Source: Trichoplax sp. H2 (taxonomy: Eukaryota). Taken from it: a stretch of 64,000 nucleotides of DNA. Location: assembly GCA_003344405.1 (NCBI GenBank), contig NOWV01000125.1, positions 1 through 64,000 of the forward strand. The letters run 5' to 3'. Position numbers and translations under genes: made by a program. Shown in pieces: positions 38,722-51,300 of this stretch (its first letter is position 1; each line of letters starts with the position of its first letter). The notes under the pieces are model-generated. The model did not search any database. It was not told where the DNA came from and saw nothing but the letters and a program-made list of their open reading frames with translations.

Positions 38722-38932
38722 GGTTTAGAACTTCAAGTCTGATTAGGCAGCTACTGTACCAGTGCCGGACTGATCATTGGTTTACTATATCTATTCCTGA
38801 AAAATTCTTCCTAGTAGAAGCTTGAATGCTGTGCGAGTACTTGTGTAGTGCATCTCTTCTTCTACGAAGAGGTTTTCAGGAACAGTAAACGACTGATCAG
38901 TCCGCCACCAATCCGAGCTGAAGTTCTAAACC
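38722..38932. repeat. Imperfect long inverted repeat / fold-back element (MITE-like)
   Basis: GGTTTAGAACTTCA..GGACTGATCA..GTTTACT..TTCCTGAAAA (38722-38803) is the reverse complement of TTTTCAGGAA..AGTAAAC..TGATCAGTCC..TGAAGTTCTAAACC (38873-38932); the interior also self-pairs. Confidence 0.85.
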
Positions 38933-39084
38933 CAAAGCATGGAACTGCATGGTAGTGAAAGCAGTACAGTGTACGGTTTGAAATGGACACACCAGTTAAA
39001 ATGACCAGAGAAATAGTCAGCCTCCATATTTTCGGCTAAAGAAAATCGTGGATGGTCCTTCTGTCATTCTTTCTGTAGCACACA

Positions 39085-39296
39085 CACGTGACAGGACTGT
39101 ACAGTGTACAGTGTACACTCAGTACAGTACAGGAATGCGAGTGTACTGTACAGTACAGTACTATCCGGTACCATTTTTACAGTACTGTACACTGTACAGT
39201 ACAAGGGACTACTGTGAAAGAGTACAGTACTATACAGTTTACACTGTACTGTACTGAACACTACTGGAACTACTATACTGTACACTGTACAGTATA
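39085..39296. repeat. Low-complexity TACAGT/ACTGTA palindromic motif array upstream of RPL10A
   Basis: Dense run of GTACAG, CTGTAC, TGTACA and CAGTAC words about 150-350 bp upstream of the TOP tract. Confidence 0.8.
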
Positions 39297-39436
39297 GCTA
39301 TCGCTACATTTACTGACCTATCCCTAGTTAATACAGTATAATAAAAGGTCCAATCCACGCGTGCGTATTTCACTCCCTTCGATACTGAGTCATTGACTTT
39401 CGGCAAGGTACTTGACTTGCTGTACCACGACTGTCG

Positions 39437-39454
39437 TTCCCTTCTTTCTTCTCC
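39437..39454 (+). promoter_or_regulatory. 5'-TOP-like polypyrimidine tract / TCT-type initiator of RPL10A
   Basis: TTCCCTTCTTTCTTCTCC shortly upstream of the ATG; typical of ribosomal protein genes. Confidence 0.65.
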
Positions 39455-39479
39455 GTCGTTTTGGTGACCGTGTGGCAAC

Positions 39480-41316
39480 ATGAGGTAAGAAATCTTTCCT
39501 TCATCTCCTTCATCCTAATGAAATTAAATAGTTTAAGCCTAATTTTGAAGCAATTATTGGTTCATCTTGGCTTAAAATCCATTTTTTCTGTCATCAGATC
39601 GATTTAAGTTGATTTTGGATGTGATTGTAGTTGGCATTGCTGCATTCCATTATGGGTGTTAGACTGCTAGCTCATATATTACTATACTGTACAGTAGATC
39701 ATGGGTTTCTTGATCCAATAGCTGGGTAGATGGATCAATTTTTTCACTTACTCTTGCAAGTTACAACATGTTGTTATCCATAAGATAGACATCAACTGCA
39801 GAATAAACTTATCTATGTGTCCTATTTTTCTTGACTAATGTTCTATTGGCCTTGATGTTTCCTGTAGTAAAATTTCGCGCGATACGTTGTACGACTGTGT
39901 TCGTGATGTCCTTCAGCGCTCACAAGATAAGAAAAGAAATTTCTTGGAAACGGTGGAATTACAAGTTGCCTTGAAGAACTACGATCCGCAAAAGGACAAG
40001 CGTTTTAGCGGTACTGTCAAGTATGTATCGTAAATTACTTAACAGTTGTTGATCGCCTCGATCTTGCACAAAATAACGGTACAAGTCGATCATCGTGACC
40101 AATCAAATTGGTCATACGTTACTTGACTATCATCCTATCGATCAGTTTTTGTTTTTTATCCATGCGTTCCATGTTGTATATTCGAGTATAGCCTATGGAA
40201 TCCTTCTGGTCCAATATCGATTAGTTTATGAACACAAGAGCAGTTTGATGAGGACAGTGCTTAAACTAGAAACTAAAATAATAGTCTTGATATATACATG
40301 TAGAGTAGCAGCATGTGATGTCACATGCAATTTAATACTCGTCAATCTTTATCCTAAGTGAATGTACTCGAATGGAAGACATTTCCACGTTGTCATTGTA
40401 ATTTAAGTTGAAGCCATGAAATCCTAGTAGTTTGTCCAGTTTTCTGCGACCAATCTATATAGATAAACTACAGGCTACGATAATCCGTTGTCGAACAGAA
40501 TCGATGATTGTATTGAACACAATAAACGCAATACATTTGATACTTCCTATCAATCATGATGGTTGGCATTACTCGTCTGTCTTTGCAAATCTTAGTCTCA
40601 ATCTTGAAGGAGTTAGGAATTGACGCCATCATGGTTTACGATCCATGTGTGCTATAATTGTGCAAGGCATAATTAGATTCTTAATTTCGTCAGAGAAACA
40701 TGTATTACTGTACAGTACTTTTATTCTTTCTAAAGGCAGTATTCTTACGTAAATGTGGCAAAGCTCATTTTTCAATTTTAAGAATCATCGATCTGATGCA
40801 ATGTTACCTTTAATCTTCTTTAGATTGAGACATACGCCTCGGCCAAATCAAAAAGTATGTGTCTTTGGCGATGCTCACCATTGTGATGAAGCTAAGTCAA
40901 ATAATGTACCATCGATGGATGTCGACGCTTTGAAAAAATTGAATAAGAACAGAAAATTGATTAAAAAATTGGCTAAAAAATACGATGCATTTATTGCTTC
41001 TGAGAGTTTAATCAAACAAATACCTCGTATCATGGGACCTCAATTAAACAAGATTGGTAAATTTCCTACCATGTTGACTCACAACGATAACATGAATGCC
41101 AAGATTGAAGATGTCAAATGTACCATCAAGTTCCAAATGAAGAAAGTGTTATGTCTTGGTGTTGCCATTGGTAATGTTAGTATGTCGGAAGATGAATTGG
41201 CTGCCAATATCCATTTAGCCGTTAACTTTTTGGTATCATTATTGAAGAAAAATTGGCAAAACGTTCGCGCATTGTATATTAAAAGTTCGATGGGTAAATC
41301 CTATCGCTTATATTAG
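39480..41316 (+). CDS. RPL10A: 60S ribosomal protein L10a (uL1)
   Basis: Exons 39480-39484 (ATGAG|gtaag), 39868-40020 ([36 protein letters not shown]) and 40824-41316 (..[52 protein letters not shown]). Confidence 0.98.
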
Positions 41317-42335
41317 ATGGGTAGCTAATCCTTTTGCACTGTGTACTGCAGTATGCAATGCGTATCTCTCTACCTTGATTGAAACATCGTCATTGTTGGA
41401 AATATATATGTACAGGCAGTGAGACTAAGCACTAAAATAAAAGAATTTTATGGTAATCTAGGGTGCATTTTCCTGTGATTGTTAGATCCTGTAGTAGAGT
41501 TTCTCTAGCGTGGGATTTACTCGTCTACGTATAGGGTAGCATACAACTTGTTACGTATTAGTATTCTAGTGTAAAGCTGCTACCGTTAAAATTGATTGCT
41601 AAGTTGATTAAAGCGCTGGTGTACCATGCAGCAATTAGGTCAAGACGCTTCAAATTTTCATCATTTAAACATTGACTGCATGTTGATGATATAGCAAATC
41701 GGCGATAGGTGTCAAGCTTAGCTATCAATACTAATATATCATATACTGTCACTTTCATAGCTATTCGAATAGAATTAAGAAAGTTGCTTACAGTATAAAA
41801 GTTTTCCAACAGTAATACTGTTGTGCATAATCAGTTACTATCTTGATCCGTTTATAGTTGAAAAAGTGAATCTTAATTCATTTGATGTGGCGTTAAAGGT
41901 GCATACCGCCCTTTCTGTTTGTAGTATAAATGACGGTGCAGGCCGCATGATAGTTTACTAGCAAACAATTTCATCAAATATCATGATAACTTACGATCAG
42001 GACAAATTACGTATGATTAAATACTATAAATTTTAACGATTAAGTTTATTATGATCGATTCTTGCTGCTGAGTATTTCTACAGTAAATATATGGTGCGAA
42101 CAAGTTGTTATATTGACGTAACAGTCGAGAGTTGGAGCAAATGCAATAGGAATTCTTCGTGCATTGGTAATATCTCTGTTAATACGAATGTGTAGGTGCA
42201 AAAATAGCAATTGTTGGTTACTAGCATTAGTAAAAAGTAAGGATAGATAAGGTATAAATACTCACGGCTCTGATGAGCTGTGAACCCGTGATTTAATATC
42301 GGTTGAAATTTGCTTGATATTGAATACTTCGCAAA

Positions 42336-44590
42336 ATGTTTTCCATTCTAAGTATTAGTAGATTCGTAGCGCTACTATCTTGCACCAATTTACTATATGG
42401 CCTAATTCCTTTAGTCATCTTGCAGCAAGCTATAGGCGATGATTCTTGCTATGATAAAGAAACCTTAGGACGAAATTACAATGGCAACGTCAATTTTACC
42501 AAGACTGGAGCTAGATGTCAATCTTGGAGTCAAGTTTCCTACTACAACTTCGATCACAACTATTGTCGAAATCCTGATCTCAAGGATGGAGGACCTTGGT
42601 GTTATTATAGCAATGCTATCAGCAGGTATAATAACAGTTGGGATTATTGCCCAATTCCTCCTTGTAAATGGAAAGGTTAGCGCTATTCCTCCACAAGGTT
42701 TTATTTCTTTACCGAAGTAGAACGCTGTGTTTATGTGGTATATAATGATTTGTTATAGGTTGCTAACGCAGTAAAATATGTAATGTCTTTTATAGATATT
42801 GATCGATGCAGTAATAGTAACGGCGGTTGCAGTCATATTTGTCTAACCACACAAAGTTCCTACTACTGCAGCTGCCCAAAGGGGTTAAGATTGGCTAGCG
42901 ATGATAAGCAATGTGAAGACATCAATGAATGCGATTATGATGATGTTTGTGAATTTCTATGCCTAAATACTTATGGATCTTATAAGTGCAGCTGTCCCAA
43001 AGGATACTCGATAAATGCTAACCAATGCCTTGATATAGATGAATGCAAATCTGATCGTAATATTTGCAGTCACAATTGTCATAATATACATGGATCATTT
43101 CTGTGTTATTGTCCTAGCAACTTAACACTCGGTAGCGACAAAAGAACTTGCATTAATCAGACTCAGATAGGTAAAATAAAATTGCTTATAATTTGATAGT
43201 TTTTATGAGCAGCTATTATCCTTGTTTTATGATTATTTATAATAGCATTTTAAAGCCTTATTTACCTATATTTTTAACAAATGAATTTCTCTTTTGATTA
43301 AATCAATACGTATTGCCTTATTTTTAAATTTAATAACTTCTAGTCAATTTTAAACCCAAGCTAAGAATTGAATGCAACCATGACTATATCAAGGTAGTAA
43401 TTCCACGGTCATCATTGCCCGATATCGATAGACGAGACATCCAGCTTATAGATCCTTCATGCTCTCCAACCCTCAACGGGACTCATTTCCTAATCACGAT
43501 TCAGCCTTTACACAGCTGTGGCACAATAATTAAACATTATTCCAATTCTATCATTTACAAGAATCGACTTCGAAATCGACCTGATCACCCATCTGGTCTC
43601 ATCACTCGGAAAAAAATATTACGGTTAGCTTTCCTATGCTCCTATTCTAATCAAGGTTGGATAGGAATTGCTTATAATCCTGATAATAAGCCTCTAATAT
43701 CCCATAATTGGCATAAAGGATATGGCAATTTTTCCTATTTTGCTAAAATTTATCCAACAGCAAGATATTTTAATGCGTTCCCGCCTAGTGCGTATCCACT
43801 GCCATTGAAATTAAATCAACGAGCATATCTCGAATTTGGTGTACACGCTGGTGATGCGAATTTGCGAGTAGCTGTCGAGAATTGCTTAGCTACACCTGAT
43901 ACGAATATAAGCGATCCTATTCACTACTGGATTATCAGAAACGGGTAAAATTTTCACTATACTCGTAAAGACTAAATACATTTGTAGTACCCTGTATTCA
44001 AGCGTACAATCTTAAATATAGTCTCACTGGATCTATTTAGGTGTAATGAAGATAAGACTATTAAGAAGCATTATTCAAAAATCTCTAAAACTGTTCGGTT
44101 TAGCATCAAGGCATTTTCATTCTTATTTAATCAACCTTTCATATTCATACATTGCCAACTTATGGTTTGTCCTCTGCATGATAACCTAAGTCGTTGTGCT
44201 CAAGGTTGTCAAAGAACAGTAACTTCCGGAAACCGCATTAGACGGGAACTTGGTCAAGATGAGAAAGTTTTCTCTAGTATCGTCTCAGTTGGTCCATTGT
44301 TTAAACTTGGTAATTAATACTTACCTATGATATATGAGATAGTATTAGAATCAATGACCAGATAAAAACGATTGACGAATAATTTTGTTCATTCCGTAAT
44401 AGATCACATTAAATATGAAAATTCTAACGGCTCTGAAAATAAGAACAACGTAGATATCCTGACAGTTTGGACAGTAGTACTATTCCTGATTTTACTGTTT
44501 GTAATTATGTATAATATTTTTCTTTTCATTCGACAAAATATCAATAAAAGAATTCTAGATACAGGTTATGCGCTAATCAGAAATAGATAA
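42336..44590 (+). CDS. Kringle-EGFx3-ZP domain membrane protein (uromodulin/OIT3-like)
   Basis: Exons 42336-42675 (hydrophobic N-terminus; kringle NYCRNPD..GPWCY..WDYC), 42796-43170 (3 cbEGF-like), 43344-43944 and 44041-44309 (ZP: ENCLATP, RFSIKAFSF, IHCQLMVC..SRCAQGC; furin-type RIRR; VSVGPL), 44403-44590 (TM helix and short tail). Confidence 0.9.
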
Positions 44591-45354
44591 AGCTGGGTAA
44601 CAAGTTGCGAGATAAATGTTTAACTGTAGTTGTATCTGGATTTACTTCCTAGTTACGATCATCTACGTCTTGTTTGTGGACGACTATCAAAGATTTATTA
44701 AAATGAGCTTTATTTGTTAATTTCTAATTACAATTCAATCGATAACGTAGTCTATGGACTCAGTTGATATAATATATCTAGATAAATATGATAAAATAGA
44801 TAATAATAGAGCAATAATCGATTACAATGTATTTTAATACCTCTTGATATACTCTGTAATAATAAATGTAAGTGATATTTTTCATTGAAGTGCGACCATT
44901 GTATTTAGGATATCTCGAATGCACAACATTTACCATTATATAATAACTTTACCTTTTAATAACATACAACATTATTAGAAAGATATAGCAATAAAAGTCT
45001 GAAACTAAATTTTTAGATTGCATGATAATACATTCAAGATTTTTATACTTACAGCACAACACTTTGTATAAAATTCACATACAACGTGTCCCGCATTCTC
45101 TACTAAAATTTTCATACACTGGAAGAAATATTCACAATTTGTAAAATTTGAATAACTAAATATCACGGTATTGCTTTAACGAGCTACCACCATTTTTAAA
45201 ATAACTATACAATTATGATACAGTAAATGTTATACCCAGTTAACTAGTTATTAAAATTTCGACAATACAAATCAGATCCACTAAATTTTTTACACCATCT
45301 AGACAATTCTGGAGTAACTTTAATCCAAAGGCGTTACTTCTTTACAATGCCAAT

Positions 45355-48300
45355 TTAGAAGCTGCGCGTAACGAATAGTGATATTAATGCAACATGCAAT
45401 AAAGCAAAATAAATAACAACCCAGATTCTATTCGTTGGTAAGTGCCGCAATTGCCGTCGGATATTACTAAAGCGATTAAAGCAAAATTCGCAAAGTCAAT
45501 TACAATTTTCTAGCATATTTAAAGGCTTAAAAAAATCATGATGTGCATAATATTAATGCAATAGTTACCGTTTCAATCGTGGCCAAGAGTTATATTTCAT
45601 TTGTTTCGTAACTTTTTGCACTGACATTAAAAGCAAGAATTGCTTAGGACTAAAAATCTTAATTGCATGATCATAATCTACAAAAGAAAACCAAAACAAA
45701 AGCATACATAGGCTTGCTTCAGGTGAGTCAATGATTTCCATTTCATTGTCATCTTCTTCATCCATGTTAATAAATACCTATAAAATTTCATAAAATTTCT
45801 GGTTTATTACCTCGTAGAATCGAATTATCAAATTTTGATATTGAGCGGTATAAATCAACGCGGAAACATCGCAATTAAAACTTTGTTCCGAGAGCGCTCA
45901 CCTCTCGATTCTCAAATGAAGGCGTAACATAAACAGCCAGCTCATCCTTAGTTTTCTGAAGTGATTCTTCAGCATTTATCCTTCTATCTTGTTCCATCTG
46001 TAAACGTTCCTAAAATAATTTGATAGATTAAAGAATATAGCACATACACCTTAATTAATTTTTTGGAATGGAGCTTATTACTTGTAGTTCATCCATCTTC
46101 CGTAGCAGATCATTCTGCATTTCTGTATACTGAAGCCTATGCAAGTATAGTGCAATTCAAAGGGAATCAGCGACCGAATCACAACAAGTTAAGCAAGGCA
46201 TATGCCATGGTACGATAGAATGTTCTACCTTTCATTTACTAATGACGCATCTGGTAATAGTTTAACTTGACCATCAATTATATCTGTTAGAGAAAAAGTA
46301 TAGAAATTTTAATAGACTATCGCATTAGGACATTTCTTGTTACTAAGTCACCTTACATGTGAAGAGGCTAGTCAAGTAACACTTAAAGAACGAACCTTTA
46401 GCAACAGAGTTTCTTGGCTCTCCACTGTCTAACGGGCTCAAGGATCCTTCCTAACGTTTACAGAAATTTCAAATAACAATCAGTTTGTAGGAAGCTAAAG
46501 TATAACAGTATATTAATATAGGAAAAACAAATGTTATTTTAACTTACAACACTTTTTGAAGTTATAATAGCTTCATTAATCATAATAGAGTTATCAGGCT
46601 CGCTGCTTCCATTCAAGTTACCAAAAAGAGCATATTTAATTCATTAATAACAAAATTATGTTGAAAGTTTAATGAAGAACTCTACCTTAACTTCTGTTGA
46701 CTTTTAGCACTTTCATAATTCTTTAATAACGATAGAGCCTAGATAAAGATTTAAATCGAACTAGAATTAAAGATCTATATCTACAGCACCTAAAAATGGC
46801 AAATACTTACCTCAATCTCAGCTACTAATCCTTCAATTCTTTCATTTTGATAATCAACAATTCCTTGCATACGATCGCATTCGTCAATTTTCTGCTTGCA
46901 AATCTCTTCAGCGTCAACTAGCTGCTTCTTGAGGTCTTCGTTTGATTGATTCAATGAAGCCAAATTACTACGATGTTGATCTTTACCAATTTCTTGGTTA
47001 CTCTCAATATGAGCCATAACCGTATTAACCTGCTGCTGTAAGTGGTCTCGTTCTTCTAATACAAGTTGATAATCATTCTGCAATACATCATATCGATCTA
47101 TATGTGAAACATTATTAGAGTTTTCCTGCTCTAGTAAGAACTTTAGAGATGAAATTTCCCTACGTAGTCCGGACTCAACAGCAGCTTTCTGATGTAGCTG
47201 TGTTATCATTTCTTCCCTTTCCATAACATTCTGACGGAGATTTTCGTTAAGCTCTTGAAACTGATTATGCAAATTATCTACTTCCTTTTGTAATAACTTG
47301 TTTTCTGACAAGTAATCATTAATTTTAACCATATATTCATCTCTTTCTAAAAGAATTCTTGATTTTTCATCAATATGAAAGGCATTTTCTTGTTGAACAG
47401 TTTCAAAAGAATTCTCTAATAGCGAATACTTAGATTGTTCGTCTTGTAATTGACTTAATAATCTGGAATTCTCTTCCAAAATTCGTTCACAGCTGGCATT
47501 TAGTACCTCTAGATCGCACCTTTGCTGTACTAGCTCATCCGTGAGTGTTTTATTTTCTTTGTAATACTTATCATTGGAAACTCCTATTTTGCTAATCTCA
47601 GAATTCTTACCGTCAACCTCCGATTTTAATGTCTCCGATAAGTCTCGATAATTACTTATTTGATCCTCTAGATTATTAATTTTATTATCTTTTATAGAAA
47701 GCTCGTCGACTACACTATCATATCTGGCACTTAAGCTTCGATAGTTATTTTCTAACTTCTTCATTTTATCCTGGCATTCATTATAGCGATTATCAAGTTC
47801 CGTATATTGCAACTTAAAACGTTTTTCGGATTCATCAACATCCTTTTTTAGATTTTGGTACGAATTCTTCGAGTCAGACATCTCCTTTTGGTATTTATCT
47901 CTATCTTTACGAATAGAATTCAATTCTTGTAGCAATTCGTTATTGGATTCAACAAGAACCTGAAGTTTAGGTAACAAACTTTTCTCATTTGCTGTAATTT
48001 CAGCTTTTGCTTCACTGATATGATCGTAACATTCATCATCCTTCTTTGTCAATTGGTTACTATCCGAAGTTGTCTGAATTAATTCCCGTTCTAACATACA
48101 ATCTTGCATAGCTGGATTGTGAATATCATTGGTGTACTCTGATTTCGACTTTCGTGACTCATACCAGCTTTCTAGAACAGCTCTTGCTTCAGTAAGTGAT
48201 GCGTCCGTCTCTTTAGTGGAAGAAAGTTGAGCGGCTAATCCTTCATTTCGGGACCGAAGGTGTTGAATTTCTTTTTTACATTCTTTTAAATCAGTTGATA

Positions 48301-51300
48301 ATGCAATAAATTTTTGCTTAGCAGTATTCAGTCTTGAGGATAGTCGTTTATTCTCGTTACCTAAGTGATTATTTTCCTCTTGTATTTCATTTAACTGACA
48401 CAATTTAGCCCGCTTATCTTCAATCTCTATTGCTAATGATTCTTGATCCTTCAGTCCTTTTTCAACTTGTTGCTCATAAGAAATTAATTTGTCGGAGTAA
48501 CTAGATGACTGATCTTGCAGTCTTTGCAAGTCGGTACGACATTCTTCCAACTCTAATAGAGTGTTATTGTGATTTTTACGCAGCGCTGCCATCTCGCTAT
48601 CATACTTAGACCGTATTTCATCATAATCTTTTCCCAACATATGATACGTCATTGACAAATTTTGAATGTCGTCTACTTTAGCACTTAGTTCCAATTTCAA
48701 CTCTTCAATAACCAGATCTCTTCCATTAACTACTTCATTCAATTTAATGATTTCTTCTTTATAATTTTCAACTTCATTACGATATTCCTCTAAATTGCTA
48801 TCGTGTTTGGCTTTAAGTAATTGTATTTCGGACACAACGCTGTCATAATCTGTGTGTACAGCCTGTAATTCAGCATCCTTTAATTGCATTAATTTGGTCA
48901 TATTGGCTTGTTCTTCTTTTATCTCACATATTATATCTTTTAAATTGGTATTCTCAGCATTTCTCTCTACTAAATCATTAGCAATCGCATCTCGTTCTGT
49001 AGACGTTTTTTCTAATAAACTGTCTTTTTCTTTCATCATGCTATCAAATTGACCCTTTTCTATTTGGAACATTTCTATTTGTTTATCCTGAGTTTCGGTT
49101 AGATGAGCACGGCCATTTTCTAATTCATCTATCTTCATTTGTAAATTGCTATTCTTATTTTTAAATTCTTCAGCTTTAGCTTTATGTAGCTGCAATTCCT
49201 CCTTGAGCGAACTAAACATTTGCTTAGCTTTACGAAGTTTAATCGCTAACTGCTCCTTTTCGTTGGTTATTCCTTCTATTTTAGCTTCATATTCTTTACA
49301 CTGAAGTAGTTTTTCTTGTAAGGCATCAATTTCTCTAGCTATTAACTCTTTTTGTTGATGCTGTACCTCTAATTCACTTTGCAAATTGTGAACATTGTCC
49401 TGTTGTTCATTACGCTCTCTAACAGTATCGTTTACTTGTTTCTGTAATCCAGATACCTCATCCATTGAAGCTGACAACTGTGCTTCTAATTCTGTTACCT
49501 TATTTTGGAAACTTGATGACATATCATTAAACGAACATTCGAAATCAGCTTTTGAAAGTTCTAATCGAGATATAACGCTATCATAGTCTTTACGCAGAAC
49601 TTCAAGTTCTGAAACTTTTGCATTTATTTCGTGGACCGTACTATTTTGTTTCTCTTCCAATTTATGTATCATATTTGTCAAACTTTTATTCTCAAGCTCC
49701 TTTTCTTCCAAACTTTTCGCCACACTGCTTCGCTCCACTAGAGAGCTTTCTAATAATTCATCTTTTTCTTTTATTACACTCTCAATTTGACCCTTTTCGT
49801 TTTCAAATTCTTCCAGTTGCTTTGCTTGAGTATCAATAACTTGAGTATATTTACTTTCCAAGACGTCTACTCTAGATTGTAGATCAATGTTTTCCTTCCT
49901 ATATCCTTCAGTTTCAGATTTTTGATGTATTAACTCTTTCTTAAGATTACTGAGGACTTGCTTAGCCTTATTTAATTTATTGACTAACTGCTCATTTTCT
50001 TTGGTTAAATTATCAAACTTTTCTGTGTGATCTTTATATTCTAGCAATTTCTCCTGAAATAAATCGTTTTCTTTGGCCAGCAATTCCTTTTCATTACGTT
50101 CTATTTCGATTCCTCTTTCTAAATTTAATATTTGCTCATGCAAGCATTTGCGACTTGCAACAACATCATCTGCCTCCTGTCGTAATTTAGATATTTCGGA
50201 TACTGAATCGTGTAACTGATTTTGCAATTCTGCTACCTGAATTTGCAAACTGGACGACATATTTTCCAATGAAGTTTCATGAGCACTTTTTGATAACTCA
50301 AACTGAGATAAAACATTTTTGTAATCGACACGTAGAGCTTCCAGTTCCGAATCTTTCACTTTTATTTGATTTGTCGTAGTCTTTTGCTCTTCTTCCAATC
50401 CTTGCAGCGTAGTTGTCAAACGAGCACTTTCTGTACATTTCTCAGCTAGATCGTTAGTAATTCTATCACGTTCTAATATAGATTTTTCCAACAAGTCGTC
50501 CTTTTCCTTTAAAAGACAATCTAAACAGGCCTTTTCATTTTGAAACTCATCTGCTTGCTTATTTTGAGTATCAATAAGACGTGCGCAATCTGATTCCAAG
50601 AAATCTATCCTAGATTGTAGACTAGTATTCTTGTCTTTAAATTCTTCCAACTCAGATTTCTTATGTTGCAACTCCTTCTTTAGGGAATTAAGCATTTGTT
50701 TGGCTTTACTTAATTTAATAACTAGTTGTTCATTTTCACTAGTCGTATGAGCTAATTTTGCTTCATAGTCTTTATACTCTAGTAATTTAATTTGAAAAGT
50801 ATCATTTTCCTTTGCTAACAATTCCTTTTCTTGACATTCAGCTTCTATCTCTTTGTGTAGAATACAATTTCGATCTTGTAGCTCGTCACGCTCTCTTACA
50901 GTATCATCTAGTTTCTGACATAATGTAGATATTTCATCCACTGATTCCGATAGTTGGTTTTCTACTTTAGCTAGTTTATGTTGAAGGTCAGCAGATAAAT
51001 TCTTTATCGAAGAATCATAATCAGCTTGTGACAATTCCAATGACTGCAAAGCGTGACGATAGTTTGATTGTACAGTGTCAAATTCAGAATCCTTATGCTC
51101 TAATCTCACTCTCATATCTTCTAATTCTTCTTCCATCTTTCTTAGCGAATGCTCTAGATTACCATTCGCTATACGATTCTCTTCCAAAGTAGTATTAATA
51201 TTGTCTCTTTCAGTCATAGATTTTTCGAGCAAATTATCTTTTTCTCTAATGATGCCATTAAGGTGTTCTTTTTCATTTTCAAACTCTAGCATCCGATTAC

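Noticed and set aside
38255-38825. 118-aa and 95-aa plus-strand ORFs
   Set aside because: TTG starts, no recognisable motifs; they lie in a promoter-like, less AT-rich interval.
39048-39481. Overlapping Tyr/Cys/Thr/Val-rich short ORFs
   Set aside because: Translations of the TACAGT low-complexity tract; no protein features.
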